This document shows, piece by piece, positions 8,802-18,711 of a stretch of 64,000 bases of DNA. The position numbers were made by a program, and so were the translations under genes. The stretch comes from an uncultured Acidobacteriota bacterium (GTDB lineage: Bacteria; Acidobacteriota; UBA6911; RPQK01; CBDAPI01). The DNA is taken from NCBI GenBank assembly GCA_964565865.1, contig CAZMGM010000009.1, positions 5,070-69,069 of the forward strand. The letters are read 5' to 3'. The notes beneath the pieces are model-generated. The model searched no databases. It saw only the letters and a program-made list of their open reading frames with translations, and was not told where the DNA came from. Numbering within the stretch: position 1 is the first letter of the stretch; each line of letters begins with the position of its first letter.

Positions 8802-10475
8802 ATGGAGCCACGGATCTGGCACCAGCACTACGACAAAGAGGTTTCTCCCTCGCTGGAGTATCCGGCCGCAACTCTCTACGAGCTTTTCGAGAAGGCTGTA
8901 GAGGAGAGCCCTTCCCGGACCGCGACATTGTTCTTTGGAGCCCGGATCAGCTACGGGAAACTGGGTCGACTGGTCGATCGATTTGCGGCGGCACTAGCTG
9001 CTATCGGGGTCAAACAGGGTGATCGTGTGGCTCTGGTTCTTCCCAATCTTCCCGTCTATCCGATAGCCCACTTTGCCGTTATGAAACTGGGGGGCATCCT
9101 GGTCCCTACCAATCCACTTTATGTCGAGAGAGAACTTGAGTATCAGCTCAACAACTCGGGTGCGGAGACAGTCGTGGCCCTGGACGCTCTCCACCGGCGT
9201 ATCTCCGCCGTGGTCCCTTCCACATCGATCAAGCGAGTGATCTATTCTGGAGTACAGGAATTTCTCCCTTGTTATTTGAATTTAGCCTACAGAATCAAGA
9301 ATCGACATAAGGAAAAGATTGAGCCGAGGTCAGACATCTACTTTTACTCGAGACTGGTGAAAGAGCGCTTCCCCGAAGTGCAGGCCCATCGAGCTCAAGG
9401 GGATGAGACTGCGATTTTTCTGTATACGGGCGGGACGACGGGGGTTTCGAAAGGGGCCATTTTGACGCACCAGAACTTGGTGGCGAATGTCCTTCAAACG
9501 AGAGCGTGGCTGAGAGAATTTCGGGATCGCTCGGAAACAATTCTGGCCGTCCTACCTTTTTTTCACAGTTATGGAATGACGACTTCCCTGCACCTTGCCA
9601 TCCAGTCCCAGGCCACCCTGGTTCTGCTGCCTAGGTTCGAGCTGTCCGAGGCGGTCAAGAGAATTAAGAAGCATCGCCCAACGATATTCTGCGGTGTCCC
9701 TTCCATGTACGGAGCGATCAATCGATTTCCTGGCCTGGAGCCGGAAGACGTGAACTCGATTCGGCTCTGCGTGAGTGGTGGAGCGGCGCTTCCTGCGGAG
9801 GTGCAGTCTCGGTTTGAAGCACTGACAGGGGGCAGGCTGGTCGAGGGCTACGGGTTGTCCGAGACTTCTCCGGTGGCGATCGTAAATCCCGTGTTCGGGC
9901 ATCGAAAAAGCGGCACGATCGGTATTCCCATTTCGGACACCTTGGCCCGCGTGGTCGACAACGAGAACAGGAGCGTGTTGTCCGCGGGGGAAGTCGGTGA
10001 ACTGGCCATAAAGGGTCCTCAGGTCATGAAGGGCTACTGGAACATGCCCGGGGAGACTCGTGAAGTACTGGAAGATGGCTGGCTCTACACGGGTGACCTG
10101 GCATCTCAGGATGAGGAAGGATTCATTTCCATTGTCGACCGCAAAAAGGACATCATCATCAGTGCAGGTATGAACGTCTACCCTCGTGAGATCGAGGAGG
10201 TGTTGCTGACCCATCCGAGTGTTGTGGAGGTTGCGGTCGTGGGTGTTCCCAGTCGCGTTCGGGAGGAAGTCGTAAAGGCTTACCTTGTGGCGGAGCAGGG
10301 GAGCTCGCTGACTAAAACGGACATCGTTGACTTTTGTGTGGGGCAGCTGTCCAAGTACAAGATTCCCAAGCAGATTGAATTTCGCGCGGAACTGCCCAAG
10401 AGCGCAGTCGGGAAGATTTTAAAGCGAGTGTTGCTGGCAGAAGAAAAAGAGACGTTGCACAACCGCGGAGAGTAG
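8802..10475 (+). CDS. fadD: Long-chain fatty acid-CoA ligase (AMP-dependent synthetase)
   Basis: AMP-binding motif LYTGGTTGVSKGAILTH and the rest of the adenylate-forming fold. The ATG at 8802 has a GGAGG RBS. The ORF-track start at 8748 is an upstream TTG. Confidence 0.85.
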   Translation: MEPRIWHQHYDKEVSPSLEYPAATLYELFEKAVEESPSRTATLFFGARISYGKLGRLVDRFAAALAAIGVKQGDRVALVLPNLPVYPIAHFAVMKLGGILVPTNPLYVERELEYQLNNSGAETVVALDALHRRISAVVPSTSIKRVIYSGVQEFLPCYLNLAYRIKNRHKEKIEPRSDIYFYSRLVKERFPEVQAHRAQGDETAIFLYTGGTTGVSKGAILTHQNLVANVLQTRAWLREFRDRSETILAVLPFFHSYGMTTSLHLAIQSQATLVLLPRFELSEAVKRIKKHRPTIFCGVPSMYGAINRFPGLEPEDVNSIRLCVSGGAALPAEVQSRFEALTGGRLVEGYGLSETSPVAIVNPVFGHRKSGTIGIPISDTLARVVDNENRSVLSAGEVGELAIKGPQVMKGYWNMPGETREVLEDGWLYTGDLASQDEEGFISIVDRKKDIIISAGMNVYPREIEEVLLTHPSVVEVAVVGVPSRVREEVVKAYLVAEQGSSLTKTDIVDFCVGQLSKYKIPKQIEFRAELPKSAVGKILKRVLLAEEKETLHNRGE

Positions 10476-10539
10476 AGGGCCCACCTGCAGCGACCAGGTC
10501 CAGGCGAGTAGCGCCGAAGTTCGGGAAGGAGGATCAGAG

Positions 10540-11310
10540 TTGGTTCCTGTCGGCCGTCCAGACGAAGCCGTTCTTGAAGCCAGGCGGCAAAAGGTGTTTC
10601 TACTTCTGTCTGGGATCTTTCTGGGAACCCTGGCAATGCTGAACATTCTGGGGATATCCCGATTCGTGGATCTCTCCTTTACCGTGTTCGGGTGGAAGAT
10701 CCCTTTTGCGGTGGCAGTCGGAGTACTGCCCTACCCGGTCACGTTTCTGTGTACTGATCTAATCAGCGAGCTTTACGGAAAGCGCCGTGCCAGCTGGGTT
10801 GTCTGGACAGGGCTGTTACTGAACCTGTGGGTTGTACTGGTCATCTGGCTGGGAGGAGTTCTTCCCGGATTCGAGCAGATAGAGCCGTCGACCGGAGAGA
10901 TTCTTCGCGACGGTGCAGGCCGATTACCGGCTTTCTTCGAAATTCGAGCGCTCACCTTCGGTGCGGTTTTGGCGTCCATGCTCTCCTACCTGATAGCCCA
11001 GTTCTGCGATGTTTACGTGTTTCACTGGATCAAGGATAAAACCCGGGGGAAGCATCTCTGGCTGAGAAACAACGGCTCGACCCTTACCAGCCAGCTCGTT
11101 GACACCGTGGCTGTCATCCTGATTACGCATTTTTGGGCCGGGGCCCTGCCTATTAAGACGGACGCACCTCTCGCCGGGCAGCTCCTGATCTTCATCTGGT
11201 CGGGTTATCTGTTCAAGGTGACGGCGGCTCTTCTGGACACGGGTCCCGCTTATCTGGCGGTTGGAGTTCTGTCGAGATACCTTCACATCGACAGGAACTT
11301 GCCAACCTGA
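10540..11310 (+). CDS. yhhQ: Queuosine-precursor transporter (YhhQ/DUF165 family) membrane protein
   Basis: Multi-TM protein with a VLPYPVTFLCTDLISELYG block characteristic of YhhQ. TTG start with a strong GGAAGGAGG RBS. Confidence 0.7.
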   Translation: MVPVGRPDEAVLEARRQKVFLLLSGIFLGTLAMLNILGISRFVDLSFTVFGWKIPFAVAVGVLPYPVTFLCTDLISELYGKRRASWVVWTGLLLNLWVVLVIWLGGVLPGFEQIEPSTGEILRDGAGRLPAFFEIRALTFGAVLASMLSYLIAQFCDVYVFHWIKDKTRGKHLWLRNNGSTLTSQLVDTVAVILITHFWAGALPIKTDAPLAGQLLIFIWSGYLFKVTAALLDTGPAYLAVGVLSRYLHIDRNLPT

Positions 11311-11476
11311 GGCGCGTCTGCCCCGTCTGCCCCGGCCGAAAGACGGTGAGGTACGAGAACAATCCCCGAAACTAGCCTCGCCTCGTTGCCGAAGCGTTGT
11401 TACCAAATCACAGATAACTAAAAATGGGCCTAAGAATAGTAAGTCTATAACCTATTGGTAAGAGTAAGGATTCAAT

Positions 11477-11562
11477 GGTGGAGACGAAGGGATTCGAACT
11501 CTCTACCATCTCTTGGCCAGCTGAGCGCCCAATGACAGTTGGCTCACCTCGGTATGTGCCTT
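11477..11562 (-). other. Degenerate tRNA-like remnant: D-loop-like GCTCAGCTGG, T-arm GAGTTCGAATCCC and a ...GTCTCCACCA 3' end, but no anticodon arm and no matching 5' acceptor strand
   Basis: Seen in sequence on the minus strand, immediately downstream of lepB. A cloverleaf cannot be completed, so this is not an intact tRNA. Confidence 0.3.
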
Positions 11563-11570
11563 TGCTGGTG

Positions 11571-12299
11571 TTAACGGATAAGCCGAAATGTTCTTTCCCA
11601 GCGAGTCTTGGTAAAAAAGTTGATGACGCGCTCCGCGTAAAGTCTCAGGTAGTCCGTTCGGGTGTGGGCTGTAGGGTCATCCTGGTAGGACCAAAAAACG
11701 ACCAGGGGCCGTCCGACCACATACTGGCGGGGGAGGAAGTTCCAGTATCGGCTGTCGGCGCTGTTGTCCCGGTTGTCGCCCATCATGAAGTAGTGGTCCT
11801 CTGGGACCTGGACAGGGCCATAGTTGTCCCTCTGAAAGTCGGCGGCGAAGCCGTGCGGCATCGGTCTGCGCAGAAAGGTTATTGAGTCGGTGTGGTGTTT
11901 GTAGGGCTCGGTGAGAGACTGGCCGTCTATGTGAACCTGTTTGTCGTGGATGCCTATCGTCTCGCCCGGCAGACCGATGAGGCGCTTCACGTAAAGCACC
12001 TCGGGCTGCTCGGGATACTTGAAGACCAGCACGTCCCCCCGCTTGATCGGGTGGGTCGGAGCTAGCGGAAGAATTCCCCTCAGGAAGCCGTTTCGAACTG
12101 TGAATTTGTCAATCAGGAGGCGATCGCCCACCAGAATCGTCGGTTCCATGGACGGTGTGGGCACGGTCATGGGGTGGACCACATAGGTCGTCACAAACAG
12201 CGCAAAAATTGTGCACACAACGGTGGTCAGGAAATATTCTCTAAGAGCGCTTTGCTGCAGCTCGTTCTGATTCTTTGTTTCTGTGCTCTTCGTGCTCAT
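11571..12299 (-). CDS. lepB: Signal peptidase I
   Basis: N-terminal TM segment and S26 boxes (GDRLLIDKF, GDVLVFKYP, YVKRLIGLPGE, MMGDNRDNSADSRYW). Confidence 0.85.
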   Translation of the reverse strand: MSTKSTETKNQNELQQSALREYFLTTVVCTIFALFVTTYVVHPMTVPTPSMEPTILVGDRLLIDKFTVRNGFLRGILPLAPTHPIKRGDVLVFKYPEQPEVLYVKRLIGLPGETIGIHDKQVHIDGQSLTEPYKHHTDSITFLRRPMPHGFAADFQRDNYGPVQVPEDHYFMMGDNRDNSADSRYWNFLPRQYVVGRPLVVFWSYQDDPTAHTRTDYLRLYAERVINFFTKTRWERTFRLIR

Positions 12300-12972
12300 C
12301 GCTGACTAACTCATTATATCCCGATCGCCCGAAGAGAAATTGACTTCCCGGCAAGGACCCCAGCCTCGATTGCGATTCCGCGCAGTCTCCACCACGAACT
12401 GCCAGAATGGACTCGAGGGACGACTCTGCTGGGTTTACTGGTTGGAGGCAAGCCTGGTTGATACTAAAAACTGTGGGGAATTTAAAACACTTGGATACGG
12501 GGTTCTAGGCTTCTCGTGTCGTACTGCTGGTTCCTTAAATGATCGAGAAGGAGGAGCTTAATCTCAGAAGCCTCCGGAGAGAAGGTAAAGACCCTCCACT
12601 ATCCTTCACTCGTCTTCACTCCCACGCCAAAAAGAGTGTATATGAAGTTGTCCATGAGCAGAAGAGCAGTGAAGGTGAGGGTGACTGCTGGAATCAGGCC
12701 AGCGGACCAATGTCAGATGGGCCACGGCAGCAGCCTCGATATTAGCACCAACACAATGAACAAGCACAGCACGGGAACCAGTAACACTCCCAGGGCCGCA
12801 AAGAGGACTCGAAGCCGTTCGAACCAGCTCAGCGCCGAAAAAAACGACAGCTTGGTCACAAGAAAAAGCCATTAAAGAGAGAGGCAAAAGAAAAACCCAA
12901 GCAGCTACAGTTGGGCAAGCCCGAGCAGGCTTCGGCTTTCGTCCTGGACCTTCGTGCGAAGTGCTGCTCTTT

Positions 12973-13463
12973 TCATGGACGGATCTCGGCCAGCCTGTTG
13001 ACCCGCGAACGATCTGGGCAGCTTCTGAGCAGACTCGTGATTGTCCGGTTTCTGATGGGGTCGATAAACTGAGGTGCAATCTCCTGGAGTGGGACCAGGA
13101 CGAATCGCCTGTGGTGAAGTCTGGGGTGGGGTATTTCCAGACCGCCTTTCGAGAGTCGGATCGAGCCGTAGTACAGCAGATCGATGTCAATGGTTCTGGA
13201 GGCACCGGGACGTTGCCGTCCAAGGCGTTCTTCAATGCCCTGGCAGGTATGTAAGAGTTCCTCAGGCTGAAGGGTGGCTCTTGCCTCAACAACCAGGTTC
13301 AGAAAGTCACCCTGGGCCGCCGTCCCCACCGGTTCTGTTATGTAGACACTCGAGCACTGAAGAATCTCGACTCCTTCTCCATCCAGCATTTCCAGGGAGG
13401 TCAACAAGTAGTTGAGCCGGTCACCGAGATTCGAGCCTAGGCCAAGATAAATGTCCATTTCCC
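12973..13463 (-). CDS. folK: 2-amino-4-hydroxy-6-hydroxymethyldihydropteridine pyrophosphokinase
   Basis: HPPK motifs (IYLGLGSNLGD, DIDLL). Start placed at MDIYLG; the longer ORF-track start at 13557 overlaps lptD. Confidence 0.8.
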
Positions 13464-13522
13464 CATCTAAGAAGCAGATCGTGATTCTCTGTCCCTGGAC
13501 CGGGCGAGGCTTCTGACGACTG

Positions 13523-15700
13523 CTAAAAAAGTCTGTCCGGACGCCTGATCGTACCAAACGCTCCGATACCCTTGAGAAAGAAAGAAAATCGGAGTTCTCG
13601 CTCCTCTCGCAATCCTAGGTTGAGTCGCTGATATTCGACCGACACGCCACAGCAGTTCCAGAAATAGTTGGCTCGCGTGCGCAGGTTCAGGAGCCCTTTT
13701 GAGCGGGCGTCGTAGCTGAAGATGTTTGAAAACGAGAGCCCCTTTCGAAAATTTCCCCAGCGGAGTGATCCCTGCAGCTGGTTGTTCTTCAGGGTTCCAG
13801 GCTCCAGTTGTTCGGTCAGAAAATAGGTGGTCCCTAGTCCCAGGCGCCCCTTGTTGAAAAACCCGGTTACAGCCAGATTGCGAAGTTGTGAGAAAGCAGC
13901 ATCGTAGTCGCTGTGAAGGTCGAAACTGAAGCGGCGACTCGGAGTGATCCGAGCCCGGGTGGTCAGGGGAGAAAAGCGACGCTTCACGGCTCCGTAGTGA
14001 AACCCTGTCAACGTGTAGAGAGGAAAAAACTGATTTACACTGTCGAGCCGAAAGGACCCTCCGAAGTCGGGATCGGCAAAGTACTTCTGGGCCACTTTGA
14101 TCGAGAGCCACTCATGGGTGCTCGAGTCCTCGGGAGACCGGCGGACGAAGAAACGATTGACCAGACCGAATTCTACTTCGTTCGTGTTGGCGATCGCATC
14201 ATGCTCGTCAAAGATGATGGTCTCCCGGTATTCGTCAATTCCTGTGGTGTAGCGATATCGAACCAGAGGTTCAATCAGATGTTTGAACGCTTGGGTTCTG
14301 CCCTTGCGGTAGACTTTCGAGACACCCCACCCATCGAGAGTCAGGGTGAAGTCGAAATAGTCGCGGACCAGATTTTTCGAGCTCACATTTTCCGTATCCG
14401 CTGTTTCCTCCAGACTGTCACTATAAAGGGTTCGTCGCACTCCGACCCGCGGAGTAAGCTTGAGGCCGTGAGGCAGATTTAATGAAAAGAAGAACTTGGG
14501 ATAGAGATCTAGGCGCTGTGTAAGGCTAGGAGTTTCGATCTGGCTGTCGGAACGACTGACCCCATCGGCCAGTGCATCCAGCGAAAAATACAAGGGCAGC
14601 GGCTTAACCCGCACGCTGTTCAAGCTGAAGTGAAACCCCGGGGCATTGTTGATGACTGCGTTCCTCCCGGTGAATACCGTCTCCTGGGTGGACAAGCGGA
14701 CGTTCATTGATGTGGGACCGGAATTTCGGGTTAGGAACAATTGTGAGGCGTCCGTAGATCGGGTTGCTTGGTAAAAGCTGTCCGAAAAGACCCTACGGAA
14801 CACAAAGTTGCTCACCAGATTGAAATCAGCCACCAGACGGTATCCGTCTCCGAATCGTGTTTCTCCCGTCCCCGTGAAGCTAGCTCCACCCTGATTCTTG
14901 CGGTCGTCAATCATAAAGCCATTGAGAAAGAGATGGCTCTCTGAGTTGGGGCGAGCTCGAAAAGAGAATCCGTGGCCCCATCCCCTCTTCGAGAAGTAAT
15001 CCTCCTGAAGCAGTAAATCAGCGCTTTGGCCCAGGACGATGTAGAAGCCCTGGGAAACTCGCCGCCCCTTTCGGTTCGAGTTTCCGGTGGATGGCAATAG
15101 GACACCCGTAGACCGCCGATCCCGCCGCACGGGTACCCGGATATAGGGAAGATAGAAAACGGGGATGTTCTTTACGAGCAGCAATGTGTGGGTGGCTGAG
15201 GCGCTGGAATCCAGCTTCAGGGAAGAGTTCTTGACCCGGAAACTCCACTTAGGGACAGTTTCCTCGCAGGCTGTCAGGAAGCCGTCCTGGGCCCTATAGG
15301 TGTTTGGTCCGGTCTTGAGGAGGCGCCTGGCCCTGACAAACAGCTCGTCGTCCGTAAAGCCTTCTGCGTTATCGATGAAGCCCTTCCCGTCGCTCAGCCG
15401 GAATTCTCCGTTGGTGCCTTTTAGCCATTGGATACCCTGGATCACCTCAATCCCCTCTTTTGCCACAACAAGCCCACTAGCACGGTCGTAGATCAAACGT
15501 CCGGTCTTGAGAGTGATATCTTGAAAGACAACAACAACGTCGCCTTCTGCAACTGTAGAGACAGCGGAGGCAATGCTATCCGCTTCAATGACCAGTGGCT
15601 CACCCTGATACAAAACTTCCAGACGAGCTCGACTCTGACCCCAGGTTCCTGCGGTGGAGAAAAGAGCCAGAGCCAGAGTGGCCCAACTGATTCCGCGCAT
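13523..15700 (-). CDS. lptD: LPS-assembly outer-membrane protein LptD (OstA family)
   Basis: Signal peptide, N-terminal OstA-like domain, and a long beta-barrel region with a cysteine pair (WNCCGVSVEY) near the C-terminus. Confidence 0.8.
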   Translation of the reverse strand: MRGISWATLALALFSTAGTWGQSRARLEVLYQGEPLVIEADSIASAVSTVAEGDVVVVFQDITLKTGRLIYDRASGLVVAKEGIEVIQGIQWLKGTNGEFRLSDGKGFIDNAEGFTDDELFVRARRLLKTGPNTYRAQDGFLTACEETVPKWSFRVKNSSLKLDSSASATHTLLLVKNIPVFYLPYIRVPVRRDRRSTGVLLPSTGNSNRKGRRVSQGFYIVLGQSADLLLQEDYFSKRGWGHGFSFRARPNSESHLFLNGFMIDDRKNQGGASFTGTGETRFGDGYRLVADFNLVSNFVFRRVFSDSFYQATRSTDASQLFLTRNSGPTSMNVRLSTQETVFTGRNAVINNAPGFHFSLNSVRVKPLPLYFSLDALADGVSRSDSQIETPSLTQRLDLYPKFFFSLNLPHGLKLTPRVGVRRTLYSDSLEETADTENVSSKNLVRDYFDFTLTLDGWGVSKVYRKGRTQAFKHLIEPLVRYRYTTGIDEYRETIIFDEHDAIANTNEVEFGLVNRFFVRRSPEDSSTHEWLSIKVAQKYFADPDFGGSFRLDSVNQFFPLYTLTGFHYGAVKRRFSPLTTRARITPSRRFSFDLHSDYDAAFSQLRNLAVTGFFNKGRLGLGTTYFLTEQLEPGTLKNNQLQGSLRWGNFRKGLSFSNIFSYDARSKGLLNLRTRANYFWNCCGVSVEYQRLNLGLREERELRFSFFLKGIGAFGTIRRPDRLF

Positions 15701-15810
15701 CGAGATAAGATACCAACTGAGAGGTTTCCGACAAAGGTTCTGGATCTACGGCAGGGGTAGGCTGGGAAGACTGTACATCGGTGTAAAGGGGAGCGATACT
15801 GGGGAGAAGA

Positions 15811-16059
15811 ATGGATGTGACACGGGCGCGTGAAGAGCTTATGCGCGAGTTGAGGCAATTCCTATTTTTTCACCTGGGGGCAGATGCGAAGGTAAAAATC
15901 CATTCCACGTGGAACGGACTTGAAGTGGAAGTGGAGCATCAGAGAGTCAGGCCGATGCGGCTTAGTTTTAGAACGGAAGAAGTGCTTGCACTGTCCCGGG
16001 ATCGCAGCCGCTTAGAGGATCAGCTGCTTTCTTTCTTGACCCTGCATCGGCGCAGTTGA
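15811..16059 (+). CDS. Small hypothetical protein (82 aa)
   Basis: ATG preceded by GGGGAG. Non-repetitive, protein-like composition. Contains the coding palindrome TTCCACGTGGAA. Confidence 0.3.
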   Translation: MDVTRAREELMRELRQFLFFHLGADAKVKIHSTWNGLEVEVEHQRVRPMRLSFRTEEVLALSRDRSRLEDQLLSFLTLHRRS

Positions 16060-16117
16060 GAAAGGCCTCAGCGGGACCTGCGAAACGGACCATGAATTCA
16101 CCCCAGCTTCGAAACCT

Positions 16118-17746
16118 ATGACCCACTGCCCTACAGGACCGGTCGTTCTGGTTGTGATGGACGGCTGGGGCTTGAGCGAAAAAAAGAACTACAATGCCGT
16201 GGCTCTGGCCGCGACGCCCAACTACGATGCTCTGAGACGTCGATTTCCCACGTCTCAGCTCCAGACCAGCGGCCGGAATGTGGGTCTTCCCGAGGGAACC
16301 ATGGGTAACAGCGAAGTTGGGCATCTCAATCTGGGCGCCGGCAGGGTTGTGAGGCAGCAACTTTTGCACATCGACGGGGCGATTGACGAGGGGAGATTTG
16401 GAAGGAATCCGGCACTTCGGAAATGCATGGAACTGGCCCGTTCCAGAGGGTCAAGTCTCCATCTATTCGGGCTGATCAGCGAGGCCCTGGTCCATTCCTC
16501 CGAAAAGCACTATCTGGCGTTGATTTCATTGGCTGCGCAGGCCGGTGTCGAACCCGACAAGGTGTTCTTCCACGCTTTCACAGACGGTCGAGACAGTCCT
16601 CCCTTCTCAGCAGAGGAAGCTATGCTCCGGTTGGAGGTTCAGCTGCAGAAATGGGGGGGGCGGGTCGCCACGGTGATCGGTCGCTACTATGCAATGGATC
16701 GCGACAAAAGGTGGGCTCGAACCCGGCTTGCCTACGATGCCATGGTTTTGGGACGTGCCGACTGGCAGGCCGGGTCAGGACAGGAGGCGATTAACCTAGC
16801 CTACGCGAGGGCTTCCCGGCATCTTGTCGACTCTCCCTTCCCGGCGGAGAGTGATGAGTTCATTCGTCCCACGGTGATCACGGATTCCAACGGTCCAATA
16901 GGACCCATTTACGACCACGATATCGTGATCAGTTTCAACCACCGGGCGGACCGTGCGCGCCAGATCATCCGAACTCTTTACGAAGAAGATTTCGTTGAGC
17001 ACACCCTCAATGATGCTCACCCGTCCTTCATTCCCCGCAATCGTCCCGCCATTCACCTGGCCACCCTGACGGATTACCGGGCCGGATTTGACTGCCCAGT
17101 GGCATTTGATAGCACGCCGCTGACAGGTACCATCGCGGAAGCTGTCAGCCAGGCGGGGCGTAGGCAGTTCCACACCGCTGAGACCGAAAAATATCCTCAC
17201 GTTACCTTCTTTTTCAATGGGGGTAGAGAGATTCCCTTCGAGGGAGAAGACCGTTATATGGCACCCTCTCCGGAAGTGGCCACCTATGATCAGAAACCCG
17301 AAATGAGTGCGGCCGAGATAACCGCTGCGGTCGTTGAAGCGATCCGTTCTGCTCAATACGACCTGGTGATCATTAACTATGCCAATGCAGACATGGCAGG
17401 ACACACAGGGGTTCTGGAAGCTGCTGTGCGAGCAGTGGAGGCTGTGGACCGGGGAATCGGAGAAGTTGCAAGGAACGTCCTAGAGATGGAGGGAGAGGCC
17501 CTGATCACAGCAGACCACGGCAACTGTGAACAGATGTGGGATGAGGAAAGCAACGGTCCGCATACGGCCCACACAACCAATCCTGTTCCTTGTATCCTCG
17601 TGTCTAAGCGATACCAGCGCGCTTTTCTGGCAAATGGTCGCCTTGCCGATGTTGCTCCTACCCTTCTGTCATTGCTTGGCCTGCAATACCCGGGCCAGAT
17701 GGAAGGAGAGAAGCTGGTGCGGGTGGACCATCCGGACCCGGAGTAA
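16118..17746 (+). CDS. gpmI: 2,3-bisphosphoglycerate-independent phosphoglycerate mutase
   Basis: Full-length ORF with iPGM N-terminus (VLVVMDGWG) and a conserved C-terminal metal-binding region. Confidence 0.9.
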   Translation: MTHCPTGPVVLVVMDGWGLSEKKNYNAVALAATPNYDALRRRFPTSQLQTSGRNVGLPEGTMGNSEVGHLNLGAGRVVRQQLLHIDGAIDEGRFGRNPALRKCMELARSRGSSLHLFGLISEALVHSSEKHYLALISLAAQAGVEPDKVFFHAFTDGRDSPPFSAEEAMLRLEVQLQKWGGRVATVIGRYYAMDRDKRWARTRLAYDAMVLGRADWQAGSGQEAINLAYARASRHLVDSPFPAESDEFIRPTVITDSNGPIGPIYDHDIVISFNHRADRARQIIRTLYEEDFVEHTLNDAHPSFIPRNRPAIHLATLTDYRAGFDCPVAFDSTPLTGTIAEAVSQAGRRQFHTAETEKYPHVTFFFNGGREIPFEGEDRYMAPSPEVATYDQKPEMSAAEITAAVVEAIRSAQYDLVIINYANADMAGHTGVLEAAVRAVEAVDRGIGEVARNVLEMEGEALITADHGNCEQMWDEESNGPHTAHTTNPVPCILVSKRYQRAFLANGRLADVAPTLLSLLGLQYPGQMEGEKLVRVDHPDPE

Positions 17747-18052
17747 CCTTTCAACTCGATGGCAAGTCAGCGGCCCTAGTGCTACCCGTGGTTTTCGCGA
17801 TTGAAGCCGGTCTTTTCCTGGTGTTGTCTATTGGCTAGCTTCCCTGGGCACTTCTTCCGGTCCCGCTCCTGACCCGGTTGTCGACGATCCTGCCCAGGTT
17901 TGCCTCAAAGCCAGATGGGGAATTGTGGAGTTCTAGCCGCTGACTTCCCGAGCGGCCCTACCCGTCATAGTCTCGGAGATGGCTGCTGGCATCCCCCGCG
18001 GACAATCTGTAAGCTTTGATTTCAAAATCAGAACTTTGGAGAACAACGGAAA

Positions 18053-18706
18053 ATGACTGCAAACGGGCAAAACGATCTTGCCATCGATTTCAGAGCCGTT
18101 GAGCCTTTCTACAAAAACGGCTATTTGGTGAGAAGACGGGACTCGAGACAGGCCATCTACATTGACCCCGGAGATGAGGTTGAGTTGATGCTCGACCTGA
18201 TGGCGGACCATCAGGTCGAGCTGGCGGCAATTCTGCTCACGCACGCTCACATGGATCACATTTCAGGGATTTCCAGAGTGCGCCAGAAGTACGATACGCC
18301 GATTTACCTGCATCCCCAGGACCGCCCGCTCTACGAATCGCTTCCCCAACAGGCTGAGTTTTTTGGTTTCCGGCATGCTGCGGCTCCACCGGTTGATCAA
18401 GCTCTGACCGACTATCAGATCTTGCGACTGGCCGGTATCCAATTCCAGGTGCACTTTACTCCCGGGCACTCGCCCGGGCACGTTTGCCTGGAGGCGGGCA
18501 ACCACGTTTTCTGCGGCGACGTGGTGTTTCAGGGTTCCATCGGTCGGACCGATTTGCCCGGGGGATCGTATGAAGTGCTCATGCAGAGTATCCAAGAGCG
18601 TCTTTTGCCCCTGGGGGACGATCGCATCCTGTACCCCGGGCACGGTCCCCAGACCACCATCGGACAGGAACGCCGGACCAATCCCTTCCTGGCCGGTCGG
18701 GTTTAA
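18053..18706 (+). CDS. MBL-fold metallo-hydrolase (glyoxalase II-like)
   Basis: HAHMDH metal-binding motif and an overall beta-lactamase-fold layout. Confidence 0.7.
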   Translation: MTANGQNDLAIDFRAVEPFYKNGYLVRRRDSRQAIYIDPGDEVELMLDLMADHQVELAAILLTHAHMDHISGISRVRQKYDTPIYLHPQDRPLYESLPQQAEFFGFRHAAAPPVDQALTDYQILRLAGIQFQVHFTPGHSPGHVCLEAGNHVFCGDVVFQGSIGRTDLPGGSYEVLMQSIQERLLPLGDDRILYPGHGPQTTIGQERRTNPFLAGRV

Positions 18707-18711
18707 AGGCC

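Noticed and set aside
11475-11885. 136-aa plus-strand ORF starting at the tRNA-like remnant
   Set aside because: It is antisense to the well-supported lepB gene. It is V/G/A-rich, which is typical of the opposite strand of a GC-rich CDS.
12606-13292. 228-aa minus-strand ORF overlapping folK
   Set aside because: It overlaps folK out of frame and is S/H/P-rich. Only its last ~85 codons lie in the folK-lepB spacer, and those are not convincing.
15905-15916. Perfect 12-bp palindrome TTCCACGTGGAA
   Set aside because: It lies inside the small RBS-bearing ORF 15811-16059 (codons ...STWNGLE...). It is more likely coding than regulatory.
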